64,000 nt of DNA from an uncultured Planctomycetota bacterium. Lineage in GTDB: Bacteria; Planctomycetota; Planctomycetia; Isosphaerales; Isosphaeraceae. Location: positions 320,001 to 384,000 of the forward strand of contig CAWGMQ010000010.1 in assembly GCA_963823665.1 (NCBI GenBank), given 5' to 3'. Under the pieces are notes generated by a model. The model did not search any database. It was not told where the DNA came from and worked only from the letters and a program-made list of their open reading frames with translations. Below are positions 13,551 through 28,180 of the stretch, piece by piece. Position 1 is the first letter of the stretch. The number at the start of each line of letters is the position of its first letter. Position numbers and translations under genes: made by a program.

Positions 13551-14753
13551 ATCACGACAAAAAACACCCTATCTCGCATCCTGACGATCAACGGTGGATC
13601 ATCGAGCCTCAAGTTTGGGCTCTTTGAGAAGACCGATCCATCCGCGCGCCTCCTGTCCGGTCGCGTCGATCGGATCGGGCTGGACCAAGCCCGCTGGGTC
13701 CTGGCCGATCCGCGCGGCGGTTGCGACGAGGATCGCCGGGTCGATGCCCCGGATCAGAAGGCGGCTGTCCGCCTGCTGATCGATTGGCTCGATCGCGCAG
13801 TCGGTTTCACGGAAATCGCCGGCGTCGGACATCGAATCGTTCATGGCGGGAGTCGCTACCATCAGCCCGAACGTGTCACGCCCGAGCTGATCGAGGAACT
13901 GCGAAAGATCAGTCCTTGTGACCCGGATCACTTGCCGGGCGAGATCGAGTTGATCGAGGCGTTCCGAAACCGTGATCCCGACTTGCCCCAGGTTGCGTGC
14001 TTTGATACGGCATTTCATCACGACATGCCCCGCGTGGCCCAGATCGTGCCGATTCCCCGCCGGTTCGAGGCCGCCGGTGTAAGGCGCTATGGCTTCCATG
14101 GCTTGTCGTATGCGTTTCTGATGGAGGAACTGGCCCGGGTCGCCGGCCCGGAGGAAGCCCGGGGCCGCGTCATCCTGGCGCACCTGGGCGCCGGCGCGAG
14201 CCTGGCGGCGGTCCGCGGTGGCCATTCCATCGACACGTCCATGGGATTTACACCCGCCTCCGGGCTGGTCATGGGGACGCGCACGGGCGACCTCGATCCA
14301 GGCCTGGTCCGGTTCCTGTCGCGGACCGCGGGGATGACGGCCGACCAGTTTGACAGTCTCGTGAACCACGAGTCCGGCCTGCTCGGTGTCTCGGAAACCA
14401 GCTCCGATGTGCGCGATCTCCTGGGACGGCAGAATGCCGATGTCCGGGCGGCCGAGGCAATCGAACTGTTTTGTTACCAGGCGAAGAAATGGATCGGCGC
14501 CTTCGCCGCCGCGCTCGGCGGGATAAACACCCTGGTGTTCGCCGGCGGGATTGGTGAGAACGCGCCCGAGATTCGCCGCCGGATCTGCGCCGGACTGGCA
14601 TTTCTGGGGATCGCCCTGGACGAAAACCGAAACGCATCGAGCGCCCTCCTGATTTCGACCGACCAAGGGCCGGTCAAGGTCCGGGTTATCCGCACCGACG
14701 AGGAGTTGATGATCGCCAAAGCCGCGGCTCGTCTCATCGCGCGGCGATCATGA
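13551..14753 (+). CDS. ackA: acetate kinase (no canonical start codon in frame)
   Basis: Frame open from about 13551: RILTINGGSSSLKF, GHRIVHGG, FDTAFH, RRYGFHG, HLGAGAS, GGIGEN. Confidence 0.93.
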   Translation: MTTKNTLSRILTINGGSSSLKFGLFEKTDPSARLLSGRVDRIGLDQARWVLADPRGGCDEDRRVDAPDQKAAVRLLIDWLDRAVGFTEIAGVGHRIVHGGSRYHQPERVTPELIEELRKISPCDPDHLPGEIELIEAFRNRDPDLPQVACFDTAFHHDMPRVAQIVPIPRRFEAAGVRRYGFHGLSYAFLMEELARVAGPEEARGRVILAHLGAGASLAAVRGGHSIDTSMGFTPASGLVMGTRTGDLDPGLVRFLSRTAGMTADQFDSLVNHESGLLGVSETSSDVRDLLGRQNADVRAAEAIELFCYQAKKWIGAFAAALGGINTLVFAGGIGENAPEIRRRICAGLAFLGIALDENRNASSALLISTDQGPVKVRVIRTDEELMIAKAAARLIARRS

Positions 14754-14806
14754 TCTCCTGTTATCCACGAATTCAAACCGATCGAACCCAATGAAGGAGA
14801 CAGCCG

Positions 14807-17266
14807 ATGTCAAGACTCGAAGTCAAGAAGAGCACCGTTGCGCAGGAACGACCCCGCCCGAGCCCGTCACAGACCGGAGTGGCGTCGCGATCGATGGACA
14901 AGCAGGTTCCGCTTGATCCCGAAGAACTCCGCAAGATCAATGCCTACTGGCGGGCGGCCAACTACGTGTCCGTGGGCCAGATCTATCTCTACGACAACCC
15001 TTTGCTCCGCGAGCCGCTCTTACTCTCGCACGTGAAGCCGCTGGTGGTCGGACACTGGGGCACGACGCCTGGCCAAAACTTTATTTATGTGCATTTGAAC
15101 CGAATCATCAAGAAGTATGACCTGGACATGTTCTACGTCGCCGGTCCGGGTCACGGTGGCCCGGCAATCGTGGGCAACGTTTACCTCGAAGGCACGTGGA
15201 GCGAGGTGTATCCGAACGTCACCCAGGACGAAGCCGGGCTGCAAAAGCTGTTCAAGCAGTTCTCGTTTCCCGGTGGGATTTCCAGCCATGTTGCGCCCAC
15301 GACGCCGGGGTCGATTCACGAAGGCGGCGAGCTGGGGTACTCGGTCAGCCATGCCTTCGGGGCCGCGTTCGACAATCCCGGTTTGATCGTCGCGTGCGTC
15401 GTCGGCGACGGTGAAGCGGAGACGGGCCCCCTGGCGACCGCCTGGCAGTCCAACAAGCTGCTCAACCCAATTAGCGACGGAGCCGTGCTGCCGATCCTGC
15501 ACTTGAACGGCTACAAGATCAGCAACCCGACCGTCCTGGCCCGCATCGAGCACGAGGAACTGGAGCAATTCTTCCGAGGCTGCGGCTGGACGCCCTACTT
15601 TGTGGAAGGTGATGAGCCGGAGAAGATGCATCAACTCATGGCCACCGTCTTGGAAAAGGCCGTTGAGGACATCCGACAAATCCAAGAGAACGCGCGGAAC
15701 AAGAACGACGCTTCTCGGCCGCGGTGGCCGATGATCATCCTCAGGTCACCCAAGGGCTGGACAGGACCGAAGGTCGTCGATGGACTGCAAATCGAGGGCA
15801 CCTTCCGGGCGCACCAGGTGCCAATCCTTGTGGATTCCGACCATCCCGATCATGTCAAGGAACTCGAGAGCTGGATGAAGAGCTACAAGGCCGAGGAGCT
15901 CTTCGATGAAAATGGCCGGCTCGTGCCGGAACTCGCCGAGCTGGCGCCGAAGGGCGACCGACGGATGGGCGCCAATCCGCACGCCAACGGCGGACTTCTG
16001 CTCCGCGACCTGCGTATGCCGGATTTCCACGTTCACGCGGTGAATGTGCCAACGCCGGGTGCCGTTCTTGGCCAGGACACGCTCGTACTGGGCAGTTTCC
16101 TGCGCGATGTGGCCAAGCTCAATCAAGATCAGCGTAATTTCCGCATCTTCGGTCCTGATGAGACACTCTCGAATCTCCTGGGCGCGGTTTTTGAGGTCAC
16201 GAATCGTCAGTGGGACGCCCGGGAAGTAAAGAATGATGAATTCCTCGCGCCCGCCGGACGCGTGCTGGACTCGATGCTCAGCGAGCATCAGTGCGAGGGT
16301 TGGCTGGAAGGGTATCTGCTGACCGGGCGGCACGGACTGTTCAACAGCTATGAGGCCTTCATTCGCATCGTCGATTCGATGTTCAGCCAGCACGCCAAAT
16401 GGCTGAAGGTCACGCTCGAGCTGCCCTGGCGCCGGAAGATCGCGTCGCTGAACTATCTGCTCGCCTCCCACGTCTGGCAGCAGGATCACAACGGCTTCAC
16501 GCACCAGGATCCTGGTTTCCTCGACCACGTGATCAACAAGAAGGCCGACATCGTGCGCGTTTACCTGCCGCCCGATGCCAATTGCCTGTTGTCGGTCTTT
16601 GATCACTGCCTCCGCAGCCGGCATTACGTCAACGTGGTCGTGGCCGGCAAACATGCACTCCCGCAGTGGCTAACCATGGACGCCGCAGTCGTGCATTGCA
16701 CGGAAGGAATAGGCATCTGGCAATGGGCCAGCAACGACCAGGACACGGAGCCGGACGTGGTGATGGGCTGTTGCGGAGACACGCCGACGCTGGAGATTCT
16801 GGCCGCCGTTTCCATTCTTCGCCAGTATCTGCCCGATCTGAAGATCCGGGTGATCAATGTCGTCGATCTGATGAAGCTGCAGCCCAAGAGCGAGCACCCG
16901 CACGGACTCCCCGACACGGATTATGATTCGCTTTTCACCAAGGACAAGCACATCATCTTCGGCTTCCACGGATATCCATGGCTGATCCACCGGTTGACCT
17001 ATCGACGGACCAACCGCAACCTCCATGTCCGGGGTTACAAGGAAGAGGGAACCATCACGACCGCCTTTGACATGAGGGTGCAGAACGACCTGGACCGCTT
17101 TCATCTCGTGCAAGACGTGGTCGATAGACTGCCGCATTTGGGTTCGCGCGGCGCCTATCTGAAGCAGCAGATGCGGGACAAGCTCATCGAGCACAAGCAC
17201 TACATCGATCAACATGGACAGGATTTACCGGAGATCCGGAATTGGAAATGGGGCAAGTCCAAATGA
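14807..17266 (+). CDS. xfp: phosphoketolase
   Basis: [42 protein letters not shown]. Confidence 0.97.
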   Translation: MSRLEVKKSTVAQERPRPSPSQTGVASRSMDKQVPLDPEELRKINAYWRAANYVSVGQIYLYDNPLLREPLLLSHVKPLVVGHWGTTPGQNFIYVHLNRIIKKYDLDMFYVAGPGHGGPAIVGNVYLEGTWSEVYPNVTQDEAGLQKLFKQFSFPGGISSHVAPTTPGSIHEGGELGYSVSHAFGAAFDNPGLIVACVVGDGEAETGPLATAWQSNKLLNPISDGAVLPILHLNGYKISNPTVLARIEHEELEQFFRGCGWTPYFVEGDEPEKMHQLMATVLEKAVEDIRQIQENARNKNDASRPRWPMIILRSPKGWTGPKVVDGLQIEGTFRAHQVPILVDSDHPDHVKELESWMKSYKAEELFDENGRLVPELAELAPKGDRRMGANPHANGGLLLRDLRMPDFHVHAVNVPTPGAVLGQDTLVLGSFLRDVAKLNQDQRNFRIFGPDETLSNLLGAVFEVTNRQWDAREVKNDEFLAPAGRVLDSMLSEHQCEGWLEGYLLTGRHGLFNSYEAFIRIVDSMFSQHAKWLKVTLELPWRRKIASLNYLLASHVWQQDHNGFTHQDPGFLDHVINKKADIVRVYLPPDANCLLSVFDHCLRSRHYVNVVVAGKHALPQWLTMDAAVVHCTEGIGIWQWASNDQDTEPDVVMGCCGDTPTLEILAAVSILRQYLPDLKIRVINVVDLMKLQPKSEHPHGLPDTDYDSLFTKDKHIIFGFHGYPWLIHRLTYRRTNRNLHVRGYKEEGTITTAFDMRVQNDLDRFHLVQDVVDRLPHLGSRGAYLKQQMRDKLIEHKHYIDQHGQDLPEIRNWKWGKSK

Positions 17267-18288
17267 ATGCAAAAGAGCTTATCGACACCGCGAGGACGCT
17301 CGTCGCCGGCGACAAGGGCTTGCTGGCGATGGACGAAAGCAATCCAACCTGCAACAAACGATTTGCCAAGTTGGGGATTCCCCAGACCGAGGAGGCCCGG
17401 CGCGCCTATCGCGAGTTGCTTGTGACCACGCCCGGACTCGGTGAGTGGATCAGTGGGGCGATCCTCTACGACGAGACGATCCGCCAGAGGAAGAAGGATG
17501 GCACGCCGTTCATCAAAGTTATCATCGATGCGGGAATCGTTCCCGGCATCAAGGTCGACATCGGTGCCAAGGACATGGCAGGTCACCCGGGAGAGCGAAT
17601 CACCGAGGGTCTGGACGGATTGCGCGTCCGTCTTCGGGAGTACGTTGAGATGGGTGCCCGTTTTGCCAAGTGGCGCGCGGTGATTGCCCTGGGCGATGGC
17701 ATTCCCAGCCGGGGTTGCATCGAGGCCAACGCGCAGGCGCTGGCCCGCTACGCCGCATTGTGCCAGGAAGCGGGACTCGTGCCCGTCGTCGAGCCGGAGG
17801 TGCTCATGGACGGTGAGCATTCCCTGGAGCGGTGCGGCGAGGTAACCGAAGAAGTCCTGCGAACGGTGTTCAATCAGCTTTACACGCAAGGGGTGATGAT
17901 CGAAGGGATGATCCTGAAGCCCAACATGGTGCTACCGGGATTGACCTGCGCCAAGCAAGAAGCGGCGGACGAGGTGGCGGACGCCACGGTGAAGTGTCTT
18001 TTGCGCGCTGTCCCCGCGGCCGTTCCGGGGATCGCGTTCCTGTCAGGCGGTCAATCCTGTGAGCTGGCCTCGGCCCGTTTGACTGCCATGAATGTTCGAT
18101 TCAAGTCGCGACTGCCTTGGGCGCTCTCATTTTCGTTTGGCCGCGCCCTCCAGCAACCGGGCTTGGAGATTTGGCGAGGCGAGGAGGGCCACGTGCCGGC
18201 GGCACAGAAAGCCCTGTGTCATCGAGCCAGGTGCAACCAGGCGGCGCGCCGTGGCAAGTACGATGCCGCGATGGAGACGCGTGGGTAG
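17263..18288 (+). CDS. class I fructose-bisphosphate aldolase
   Basis: [33 protein letters not shown]. Confidence 0.95.
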   Translation: MNAKELIDTARTLVAGDKGLLAMDESNPTCNKRFAKLGIPQTEEARRAYRELLVTTPGLGEWISGAILYDETIRQRKKDGTPFIKVIIDAGIVPGIKVDIGAKDMAGHPGERITEGLDGLRVRLREYVEMGARFAKWRAVIALGDGIPSRGCIEANAQALARYAALCQEAGLVPVVEPEVLMDGEHSLERCGEVTEEVLRTVFNQLYTQGVMIEGMILKPNMVLPGLTCAKQEAADEVADATVKCLLRAVPAAVPGIAFLSGGQSCELASARLTAMNVRFKSRLPWALSFSFGRALQQPGLEIWRGEEGHVPAAQKALCHRARCNQAARRGKYDAAMETRG

Positions 18289-18351
18289 GGGAACTCGCCG
18301 AGTGGGAGATTATCTTCCAAAGGCTCCGTGAGCGCCCAATGGAGACCGGAA

Positions 18352-19136
18352 ATGCGTCAGAAATTCATCGTCGGTAACTGGAAGATGTACACCACTGCCG
18401 CCGTTGCCAGTCGGCTGGCCAAGACGATCGTCGATGGGATGGGCGTGGAGGACCGTGTATCCGTCGCGATCTGTCCCCCTTTCCCTTATCTGGCCCTCGT
18501 GGGGGAGATACTCAAGGGCAGCCGCGTCGCGCTCGGGCGCAGAACCTTTATCCCGAGAAGGAAGGCGCGTTCACCGGCGAGGTCAGCCCGAAGATGCTCC
18601 TCGATGTCGGCTGCAAGTACGTTATTCTCGGACACAGCGAGCGCCGGCACACGCTGGGCGAATCCGATACGTTCATCAACCAGAAGGTACGCGTTGCCCT
18701 TGCCGCTGGCCTCGACGTGATCTACTGCTGCGGCGAGACTCTGGACGAGCGCGAGGCCGGCCACACCGAATCGGTGCTCGGGCGGCAACTCATGCAGGGA
18801 TTGGCCGGCTTGTCAGTCGACACCTTGACGCGCCTGACCGTTGCGTACGAACCGGTGTGGGCAATCGGAAGGCTCGGACACCAAGCAACTCCGCAGCAGG
18901 CCGAGGAGGCGCACGCCGTCATTCGGCGCCGCTTCGGTCTGATGTTCGACGAGAAAGCGGCTCATACGGTTGCCATACAGTACGGCGGAAGCGTCAAGCC
19001 CGAGAACGCCGCCGCACTGCTTGGCCGGCCCGGCGTGGACGGCGCCTTGATTGGCGGCGCCAGCCTCCATGCCGACCAGTTTCTGGCCATCGTCCGGGCT
19101 GGGATCAGTGAGCGGCAAACCGAAGGCAGAAGGTGA
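18352..19136 (+). CDS. tpiA: triosephosphate isomerase, one frameshift near 18537
   Basis: VGNWKM in one frame; GHSERR, AYEPVWAIG, YGGSV, GGASL in the next. One extra G restores GAQN. Confidence 0.92.
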
Positions 19137-21677
19137 AGAAACGAATGAGCAAACAACCACGTGAGAGCCGCACAAATTACGGTCTTCTGCCCACGGAAGT
19201 CGAGGGGTTCGCTCCCTTGGCCGAGCTTGCCCTGGACCTGCGCTGGTCCTGGAATCATTACAGCGATGAAGTGTGGCGGCAGCTTGATCCTGCTCTTTGG
19301 GAACGCACGCGGAACCCCTGGGTTCTTCTCCAGACTGTCTCGCGGGACAAGCTCCAGCACCTGTTAGCCGACACCGTATTCCGCCAGAAGGTGGATTCTC
19401 TTGTGCAAACCAGACGGCAGGCGGCGGAGACACCCGCGTGGTTTCAGCAGACCTACGCGCAATCTCCCCTGACCCGTGTCGCGTATTTCAGCATGGAATT
19501 CATGTTAAGCGAAGCTCTCCCGATCTATTCAGGCGGCCTTGGCAATGTGGCCGGCGATCAGCTCAAGGCCGCCAGTGATCTGGGGGTGCCGGTGGTTGCC
19601 GTGGGGCTGCTGTACCAACAAGGCTATTTTCGCCAGGTGATCGACGAGGACGGAGCTCAGCAGGCCCTTTTCCCGTACAACGATCCCGGACAGTTACCGA
19701 TCACGCCGTTGCGCCAGCCGAACGGGGAGTGGTTGCGGCTAGAACTCGACTTACCTGGTTACCCGGTCTGGCTCCGCGCCTGGCAAGTCCAGGTTGGCAG
19801 AGTCAAGCTTTACCTCCTGGACAGCAACGACCTTGCGAACTTTCCCGCTCACAGAGGCATTACCAGCGAGCTTTACGGGGGCGGGCCGGAGTTGCGGCTG
19901 CAGCAGGAAATGGTGTTGGGAATCGGCGGATGGCGACTGCTCCAAGCGCTCGGCATCCAGCCGGAAGTCTGCCACTTGAATGAAGGGCATGCGGCGTTCG
20001 CCATTCTGGAACGAGCCCGGACCTTCATGAACGAGACCGGGCAGCCTTTTGAAGTCGCGCTGGCCGTCACCCGAGCGGGGAACCTTTTCACCACCCACAC
20101 GGCGGTGGCCGCGGGCTTTGACCGCTTTGCTCCGGCCCTCATCGAGCAATACCTCGGTCGGTACGCCCAGGACGAGCTTGGCATTGCCGTCCACGATTTG
20201 CTGGCCCTCGGCCACCAGAACTCGAACGAATCGTCGGAGAGTTTCAACATGGCCTATCTGGCAATCCGCGGAAGCGGCGCGGTCAACGGCGTGAGTCGCT
20301 TGCACGGGAAGGTAAGCCGGCAACTCTTCGAGCCGCTCTTTCCGCACTGGCCGGAGGACGAAGTGCCGGTCGGCCACGTAACCAACGGAGTTCACATGCC
20401 GAGCTGGGATTCGGCATCAGCCGATGATCTTTGGACGGAAGCCTGTGGAAAGGACCGCTGGCTGGGCACGACGGAAACTCTGGAACGGGACATTCGCCGC
20501 GTCTCCGACGCCAGGCTCTGGCACTTTCGTAACGCCGCCAGCAAGGCCCTCGTTGAATACGCCCGCGAACGATTGTCGCGGCAACTGACCTCATCGGGCG
20601 CGCGCGCGAGGCGATCGACGGGGCGAAACATCTGTTCGATCCCAACTCATTGACACTCGGCTTTGCGCACCGCTTCGCCACCTACAAGAGACCGAACCTG
20701 CTGCTGCACAATCGGGCGCACTTACTGCGGCTTCTGGCTAACCCTGAGCACCCTGTGCAACTCATCATCGCCGGCAAGGCCCATCCGCAGGACCAAGCGG
20801 GGCAGGCATTGATCCATGAATGGATCAATTTCATCCGCCAGCCTGAAGCCCGACCTTACATCATCTTCCTCAGCGACTACGACATGCTGTTAACGGAACA
20901 CCTGGTGCAGGGGGTGGACGTTTGGATCAACACGCCACGGCGACCCTGGGAGGCGAGCGGAACGAGCGGCATGAAGGTGCTCGTCAATGGAGGCATCAAT
21001 CTCTCGGAATTGGATGGCTGGTGGGCCGAAGCATACACGCGTCGGGTGGGGTGGGCGCTGGGGGACGGCCAGGAGCATGGTGACGATCCCGCCTGGGACG
21101 CTGTCGAAGCTGACGCGCTCTACGACCTGCTGGAGCGCGAGGTGATCCCAGAGTTTTACACCCGAGATGAAAACAGCATTCCCACCGCATGGGTCATGCG
21201 GATGCGGGAAAGCATGGCGCGGTTGACACCGCGCTTCTCCGCCAACCGCGCAGTGCGCGAATACACCGAGCAACACTACCTCCCGGCTGCGGCCGCCTAC
21301 CGAGACCGCGCGGCGAACAAAGGCGCGATGGGCAGCCAAATGGTCGATTGGCAGCATGCGTTGGATCGGAATTGGGGCCCGTTGCGCTTCGGAGACTTGA
21401 GGGTCAAAACCAACGCGGAACACCACGTGTTTCAGGTCGAAATCTCGATGAACGATCTTGACCCGAATTCGGTGCGAGTTGAGCTTTATGCGGATGGGAT
21501 CAACGGTGACGATCCCGTACGGGAGGAGATGAAATGCGCGCGACCGCTGCCTGACGCGTCACGCCGCTGCGCCTATCAGGCAACGGTGCCGGCTTCACGT
21601 CCCGCGAGAGACTTCACGGCACGAGTGATACCGGACCGCTCCGGCGTGGCGGTACCACTCGAATCGGCTCGAATATT

Positions 21678-21690
<13 letters not shown>
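19133..21690 (+). CDS. glgP: alpha-glucan (glycogen) phosphorylase, frameshift near 20600
   Basis: YFSMEF, YSGGLG, HLNEGH, RFATYKR, EASGTSGMK spread over two ORFs. Confidence 0.92.
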
Positions 21691-23832
<2,142 letters not shown>

Positions 23833-23873
23833 TCGACGTGTCAATGGTGGCAGACCACGCCGAGGAACACAGC

Positions 23874-24476
23874 ATGAACAAACCACTTCCTGATGTTTAC
23901 CTGGCTCGACACGGCGAGACAGCGTGGTCGCTGTCGGGCCGGCACACGGGACGGACCGATATTCCCCTGACCGAACATGGCGAGGACAACGCACGGAGGC
24001 TGCAGGGACGCCTCGAGGGGACCACGTTCACCGAGGTCCTGGTCAGCCCGCTCCAGAGGGCGCGGCGGACTTGCGAGCTGGCGGGCTTCGGGGCCGTGGC
24101 GTCGGTCATCCCGGATCTGGTCGAATGGGACTATGGCGATTATGAAGGCCGGCTCACCTCCGACATCCGCCATGAGCGGCCGGGCTGGTATCTCTTCCGC
24201 GACGGCTGCCCGGGGGGTGAGTCGCTCGCGGAAGTGGGTGCCCGCGCCGACCGCGTAGTCGCCCGTCTACGGGCGGATGGCGGTCGCATCCTCCTCTTCG
24301 GACACGGCCATTTCTTTCGCATCCTCGCCGCGCGCTGGATGGATCTGCCTGTGGAGGACGCGAGGCACTGGATGCTCAGTACCGCATCGCTGAGCATCGT
24401 GGGCTACGAGCATACCTTGGCCGACCCGGCCATTGTCCTCTGGAACGACGACCACCACGTGAAAGCTGGTGCGTGA
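23874..24476 (+). CDS. histidine phosphatase (phosphoglycerate mutase) family protein
   Basis: RHGET, SPLQRA, EWDYG, GHG. Confidence 0.92.
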   Translation: MNKPLPDVYLARHGETAWSLSGRHTGRTDIPLTEHGEDNARRLQGRLEGTTFTEVLVSPLQRARRTCELAGFGAVASVIPDLVEWDYGDYEGRLTSDIRHERPGWYLFRDGCPGGESLAEVGARADRVVARLRADGGRILLFGHGHFFRILAARWMDLPVEDARHWMLSTASLSIVGYEHTLADPAIVLWNDDHHVKAGA

Positions 24477-24506
24477 ATCGTTCTCATATACTGGGAGAGT
24501 GACCCG

Positions 24507-24722
24507 ATGGGCGATCATCAAAAGAGATGGCATCACAGGGACCACCATGCAAATCCCAAGGAAGGGGAAGATCGCGCTGCGTGGAGAGGAGCTCACAAAG
24601 ACTGGCGTCTCTGGGTCGTCGTGGGTCTGATGCTGCTGGCGATGTTGACCTACGTGATGACGATGGATGAAGCAGTCCGACCTGGAGGAAAGGTGCAGCA
24701 GGCCGTACCGGCAGCCCCCTGA
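24507..24722 (+). CDS. small single-TM protein
   Basis: HKDWRLWVVVGLMLLAMLTYVMTMDE; GGAG RBS. Confidence 0.65.
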   Translation: MGDHQKRWHHRDHHANPKEGEDRAAWRGAHKDWRLWVVVGLMLLAMLTYVMTMDEAVRPGGKVQQAVPAAP

Positions 24723-24832
24723 TCGTGAGCCGGCGAGTTGGGCACGGGAGCCCGCAGCCATTCGGTTCTTCGATCAAGGCCAGCGGGAGACGGCGTGGGA
24801 GTGGATCGAGGAGCCTCTCCATTCAGGGATAC

Positions 24833-25786
24833 TCAGTTCATAACGGGCTCGAGCGGGCCGGCGAGTGCGCGATGGAAGAAGAGGCGGCCGGGGAGAGTGG
24901 GCATGAACGAGCTGGGCACCCAGGGGTCCGGGCCATAGCGCAAGGTCATCCAGAGGCTCGCGCCTTGCCACTGCATTCCGCGATCGAACACTCCTTCCGC
25001 GCCACCGATGATGCGGTCGGCCTGCAGAAAGAGGCCCGGGCCGATGGTGTTGGCGAAGGCGGGGACGAGTGTGGTGCGGCTCTTGAAGCTGGTGAGCGCG
25101 TTCTGCTCGATCGTGAGCGGGTGCAGGCGGGCGCCCAGTCGATGCGTCTGGGACTTCCATTCCTGCACTCCGGCAAACTCATCGGCGAAATGAGGCTCCC
25201 AGAAGGCGATGTGACAAACGCGTCCGATGCCGAAGATGACGTGGAGCCGAGCTCCCTGGGCTTTGAGCTCGGCGATGCGGCCGGCGTAGAGCGGAAGCCG
25301 GGCGGGCGTGGCGAACCAGCGGTTCTCGGGCGGGACGGTGAGCGCACCCAAAGGCCCGTAGAAGGCAGCCTCCATCGCGTTCTGGAATGAGCCGGGATGA
25401 TCGGGAGCAAGGGTGTTGCCGCTCGAGTCGCTCCATTCGTCCATGTTGAATCCAAAAACATGGTCACAAGGCAAGTTCCATTCCTTGAGGAAGTAGACTG
25501 CCCAGCGGTACATACCCATCGGGCCGACCGGGAGAATCATCGCAGCTTTCTGGCCGGCCTCGCGCGCCTGCTTGATCGCCAGTGCGATTTCGTGGCCCAT
25601 CATGACGTCGAAATCGGCGACCGACTCGCAGGCAACCGGCTGGAATGCTGGGTGCCACCAGGGCTGTCGATCGCCTATGGACTCGGGCGGGTAGGAGCAG
25701 CAGCGGTCGATCCGGGCGAGATCCCAGCCGCGCGGGAGAAAGCCCTCCATCATCGAACCGGCGTAGGTGGTGAGGAGATTTATCAT
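24833..25786 (-). CDS. glucosamine-6-phosphate isomerase/deaminase-like protein
   Basis: [25 protein letters not shown]. Confidence 0.8.
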   Translation of the reverse strand: MINLLTTYAGSMMEGFLPRGWDLARIDRCCSYPPESIGDRQPWWHPAFQPVACESVADFDVMMGHEIALAIKQAREAGQKAAMILPVGPMGMYRWAVYFLKEWNLPCDHVFGFNMDEWSDSSGNTLAPDHPGSFQNAMEAAFYGPLGALTVPPENRWFATPARLPLYAGRIAELKAQGARLHVIFGIGRVCHIAFWEPHFADEFAGVQEWKSQTHRLGARLHPLTIEQNALTSFKSRTTLVPAFANTIGPGLFLQADRIIGGAEGVFDRGMQWQGASLWMTLRYGPDPWVPSSFMPTLPGRLFFHRALAGPLEPVMN

Positions 25787-26778
25787 TTGATTGTGATCAC
25801 AACCTTTCCCGTCAATGCCCCGGCGCCCTTGAGGGTGTTTTCTTCGAGGAATCGCTGGGCCGTGGCGGCTTCTGCCAGAGGGAAGGTCCGGCCGATCAGT
25901 GGTTTGAGGTTTCCATCTTGAATCATCCGGATCATCCCATTTGCACAATGTCGTTGTTCGTCGGGCGGGGAATTGAACATCGCGAAGCCAAAGATCGCGC
26001 AGTTCCGAGGATAGAACGCGCCCAGCGGCAGAGAAGGTTTGGCGGTGCGGCCGGCCATCAGGATGAGCCGCCCGTGTTTGCGGAGCAGGGGGATGGCCAC
26101 TTCGAGGTTCGGCTCGCGCTGGGTTTCAAACCAGACGTCGACTCCTTCGGGTACGAATTCGCGAAGGCGGGCGGGGACATTATCGGTCTTGTAGTTCAGG
26201 GCGAGATCGGCGCCCTTCGAGCGACATAGCTCGACTTTCTCGGGACTACCCGCGGAAGTCGCCACCTTTGCGCCGGCGGCCTTGGCCATCTGCACGGCGA
26301 CCGAGCCGACGCCACCGGAGCCGCCGGGCACATATAGCGACTCACCGCTCTTCAACTGGCCGAAGCGGAAGAGTCCGAGGTGGGCGGTGATGCCGACCAG
26401 AGCCATGGCCGCGGCTTCGCCTTCGGTGAGCGTTTCGGGAGTCGCGTAAAGCCACTCTTCGTCGACGGCCGCGAACTGGGCGGCCACGCCCTGACGCCCG
26501 AGGAGTCCCTGATTCGAGCCCCAGACGCGGTCGCCGACTCTGAATCGGGCGGCGCCCGGGCCGAGCTTGGCGATGGTGCCGGCAAGGTCGCAGCCGATGA
26601 CGTAGGGGAAGGCGAGCGGCATCGGGATGAGCCCCGAGCGGAGGTAGAGGTCGATGGGGTTCAGCGCCGCCGCATGCACCTCGACGAGCACTTGCCCGGG
26701 GCCGGGCTCAGGTTGGGGCAAGTCGCCGACCTTGATGACCTCGGGCGGACCGGTTTCCTCGATGTAGGCGGCTTTCAT
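25783..26778 (-). CDS. NADPH:quinone oxidoreductase (MDR family)
   Basis: ALNPID, GCDLAG, GGSGGVG. Confidence 0.92.
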   Translation of the reverse strand: MKAAYIEETGPPEVIKVGDLPQPEPGPGQVLVEVHAAALNPIDLYLRSGLIPMPLAFPYVIGCDLAGTIAKLGPGAARFRVGDRVWGSNQGLLGRQGVAAQFAAVDEEWLYATPETLTEGEAAAMALVGITAHLGLFRFGQLKSGESLYVPGGSGGVGSVAVQMAKAAGAKVATSAGSPEKVELCRSKGADLALNYKTDNVPARLREFVPEGVDVWFETQREPNLEVAIPLLRKHGRLILMAGRTAKPSLPLGAFYPRNCAIFGFAMFNSPPDEQRHCANGMIRMIQDGNLKPLIGRTFPLAEAATAQRFLEENTLKGAGALTGKVVITIK

Positions 26779-26793
26779 ACGACAGTTCTCCGG

Positions 26794-27102
26794 TTATTCC
26801 ACGGCGACCTGGATGAGGTCGCCCTCGACTCGCACGGGATAGGTGCCGGTTCGGGTGCGGCCCGACGGGCTGTCGACCGAGCGGCCGTCCTCCAGGCTGA
26901 AGCGCCAGCCGTGCCAGGTGCAGGTGACGGTCTTGTCGAAGACGATGCCGTCGCAGAGGGGTGCGCCCTTGTGCGGGCAGGCGTCGTCAATCGCGTAGTA
27001 GTTTCCCTCGTCGAGAAAGACTGCGATCACGCGTCCTTCGATCTCGACCGGTATTCCTCGGCCCTCGGCGATCTCGCCCACGCGGGCGACAGTGTGATAC
27101 AT
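26794..27102 (-). CDS. Rieske (2Fe-2S) ferredoxin, NirD-like
   Basis: CPH...CTWHGW ligands. Confidence 0.9.
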   Translation of the reverse strand: MYHTVARVGEIAEGRGIPVEIEGRVIAVFLDEGNYYAIDDACPHKGAPLCDGIVFDKTVTCTWHGWRFSLEDGRSVDSPSGRTRTGTYPVRVEGDLIQVAVE

Positions 27103-27200
27103 TACGGGCGCCAAGGCAATGGCCTCCTCCTCACTGGCGATGGCAAGGGCCCCGTGCCCGCTCCCGTGCGCCGCGAACCGAGACCCCAACTATCATACTC

Positions 27201-27788
27201 ATGGAAAAGAACGTCTGCGTATACTGCGGGTCGGCAAGCGGAGTTGACTCGCGGTTTGCCGAGTCGGCGAGAGACGTGGGGCGGGCGATCGCCGAGCACG
27301 GATTCGGCCTGGTTTTTGGCGGCGGCCGGGTGGGGCTGATGGGTATCGTCGCCGATGCGGTGCTCGCGGCAGGAGGAAGGGCGATCGGGGTGATCCCGCA
27401 GCCACTGGCGGTCAAGGAGATTGCACATCGGGCGCTCACCGAGCTGCACGTCGTGCGCGACATGCACGAGCGCAAGGCCATGATGGCCAGCCGGTCAGCA
27501 GCGTTTCTGACCTTGCCCGGGGGAGTCGGAACGTTTGAGGAATTCTTCGAAACCTTGAGCTGGGCGACGCTGGGGCTTCATCACAAACCCATCGGCATCC
27601 TGAACGCGGCCGGCTACTTCGATCCGATGATCGCACTTCTCGACCACGCGGTCGCCCAGAAATTCCTCAAACCCGAGCATCGCCGGCACCTCTTGATCTC
27701 GACGGATGCGGAGCGGTTGGTTGCTGAGGTGATGAGGCATGCGGGAACTCGAAGCCCTGCTCAGAGGATAGATCTGGGGGGGAAGTGA
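27201..27788 (+). CDS. LOG family (TIGR00730-like) nucleotide phosphoribohydrolase
   Basis: VYCGS, GGGRVGLMG, MHERK, PGGVGTFEE. Confidence 0.93.
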   Translation: MEKNVCVYCGSASGVDSRFAESARDVGRAIAEHGFGLVFGGGRVGLMGIVADAVLAAGGRAIGVIPQPLAVKEIAHRALTELHVVRDMHERKAMMASRSAAFLTLPGGVGTFEEFFETLSWATLGLHHKPIGILNAAGYFDPMIALLDHAVAQKFLKPEHRRHLLISTDAERLVAEVMRHAGTRSPAQRIDLGGK

Positions 27789-27837
27789 GTCGATCGCGGC
27801 GTTCATCTCATTGGGCCGCCTTTCCCTATCGGCTAAG

Positions 27838-27857
27838 ATTTAGACGATCTTCTAAAT
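27838..27857. promoter_or_regulatory. palindromic operator, probably for the SdpR-like repressor
   Basis: ATTTAGA-CGATCT-TCTAAAT, about 33 bp upstream of the ArsR gene. Confidence 0.65.
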
Positions 27858-27890
27858 AAATGACGGGCACGAGCGAATTGACCAGGGATG

Positions 27891-28180
27891 ATGGCGATCA
27901 ACGCGGTTTTCAAGGCGCTTGCGGACCCGACCCGGCGTGAGATCCTGCGGCTTTTGTCGCGGGGGAGCTCACGGCCGGCGAGCTGGCGTCGTCGTTTGAT
28001 ATGACGAAGCCGTCGATGTCACATCACTTTGCGGTGCTCAAAGAAGCAGACCTGATCTACAGTCGACGAGATGGCCAGCAAATCTATTACTCGCTCAATA
28101 CGACCGTGCTCGAGGATGTGCTGACCCGGCTCTGGGACCATCTTGGACTCAAGAACTCGAAAGGATCCGGAGAGAAATGA
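27891..28180 (+). CDS. sdpR: ArsR/SdpR family repressor, frameshift in G run at 27961
   Basis: Manual translation: FKALADPTRREIL..GELTAGELASSFDMTKPSMSHHFAVLKEADL..RDGQQIYYSLNTTV. Needs one extra G; stop overlaps the sdpI start. Missing from the ORF track. Confidence 0.85.
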
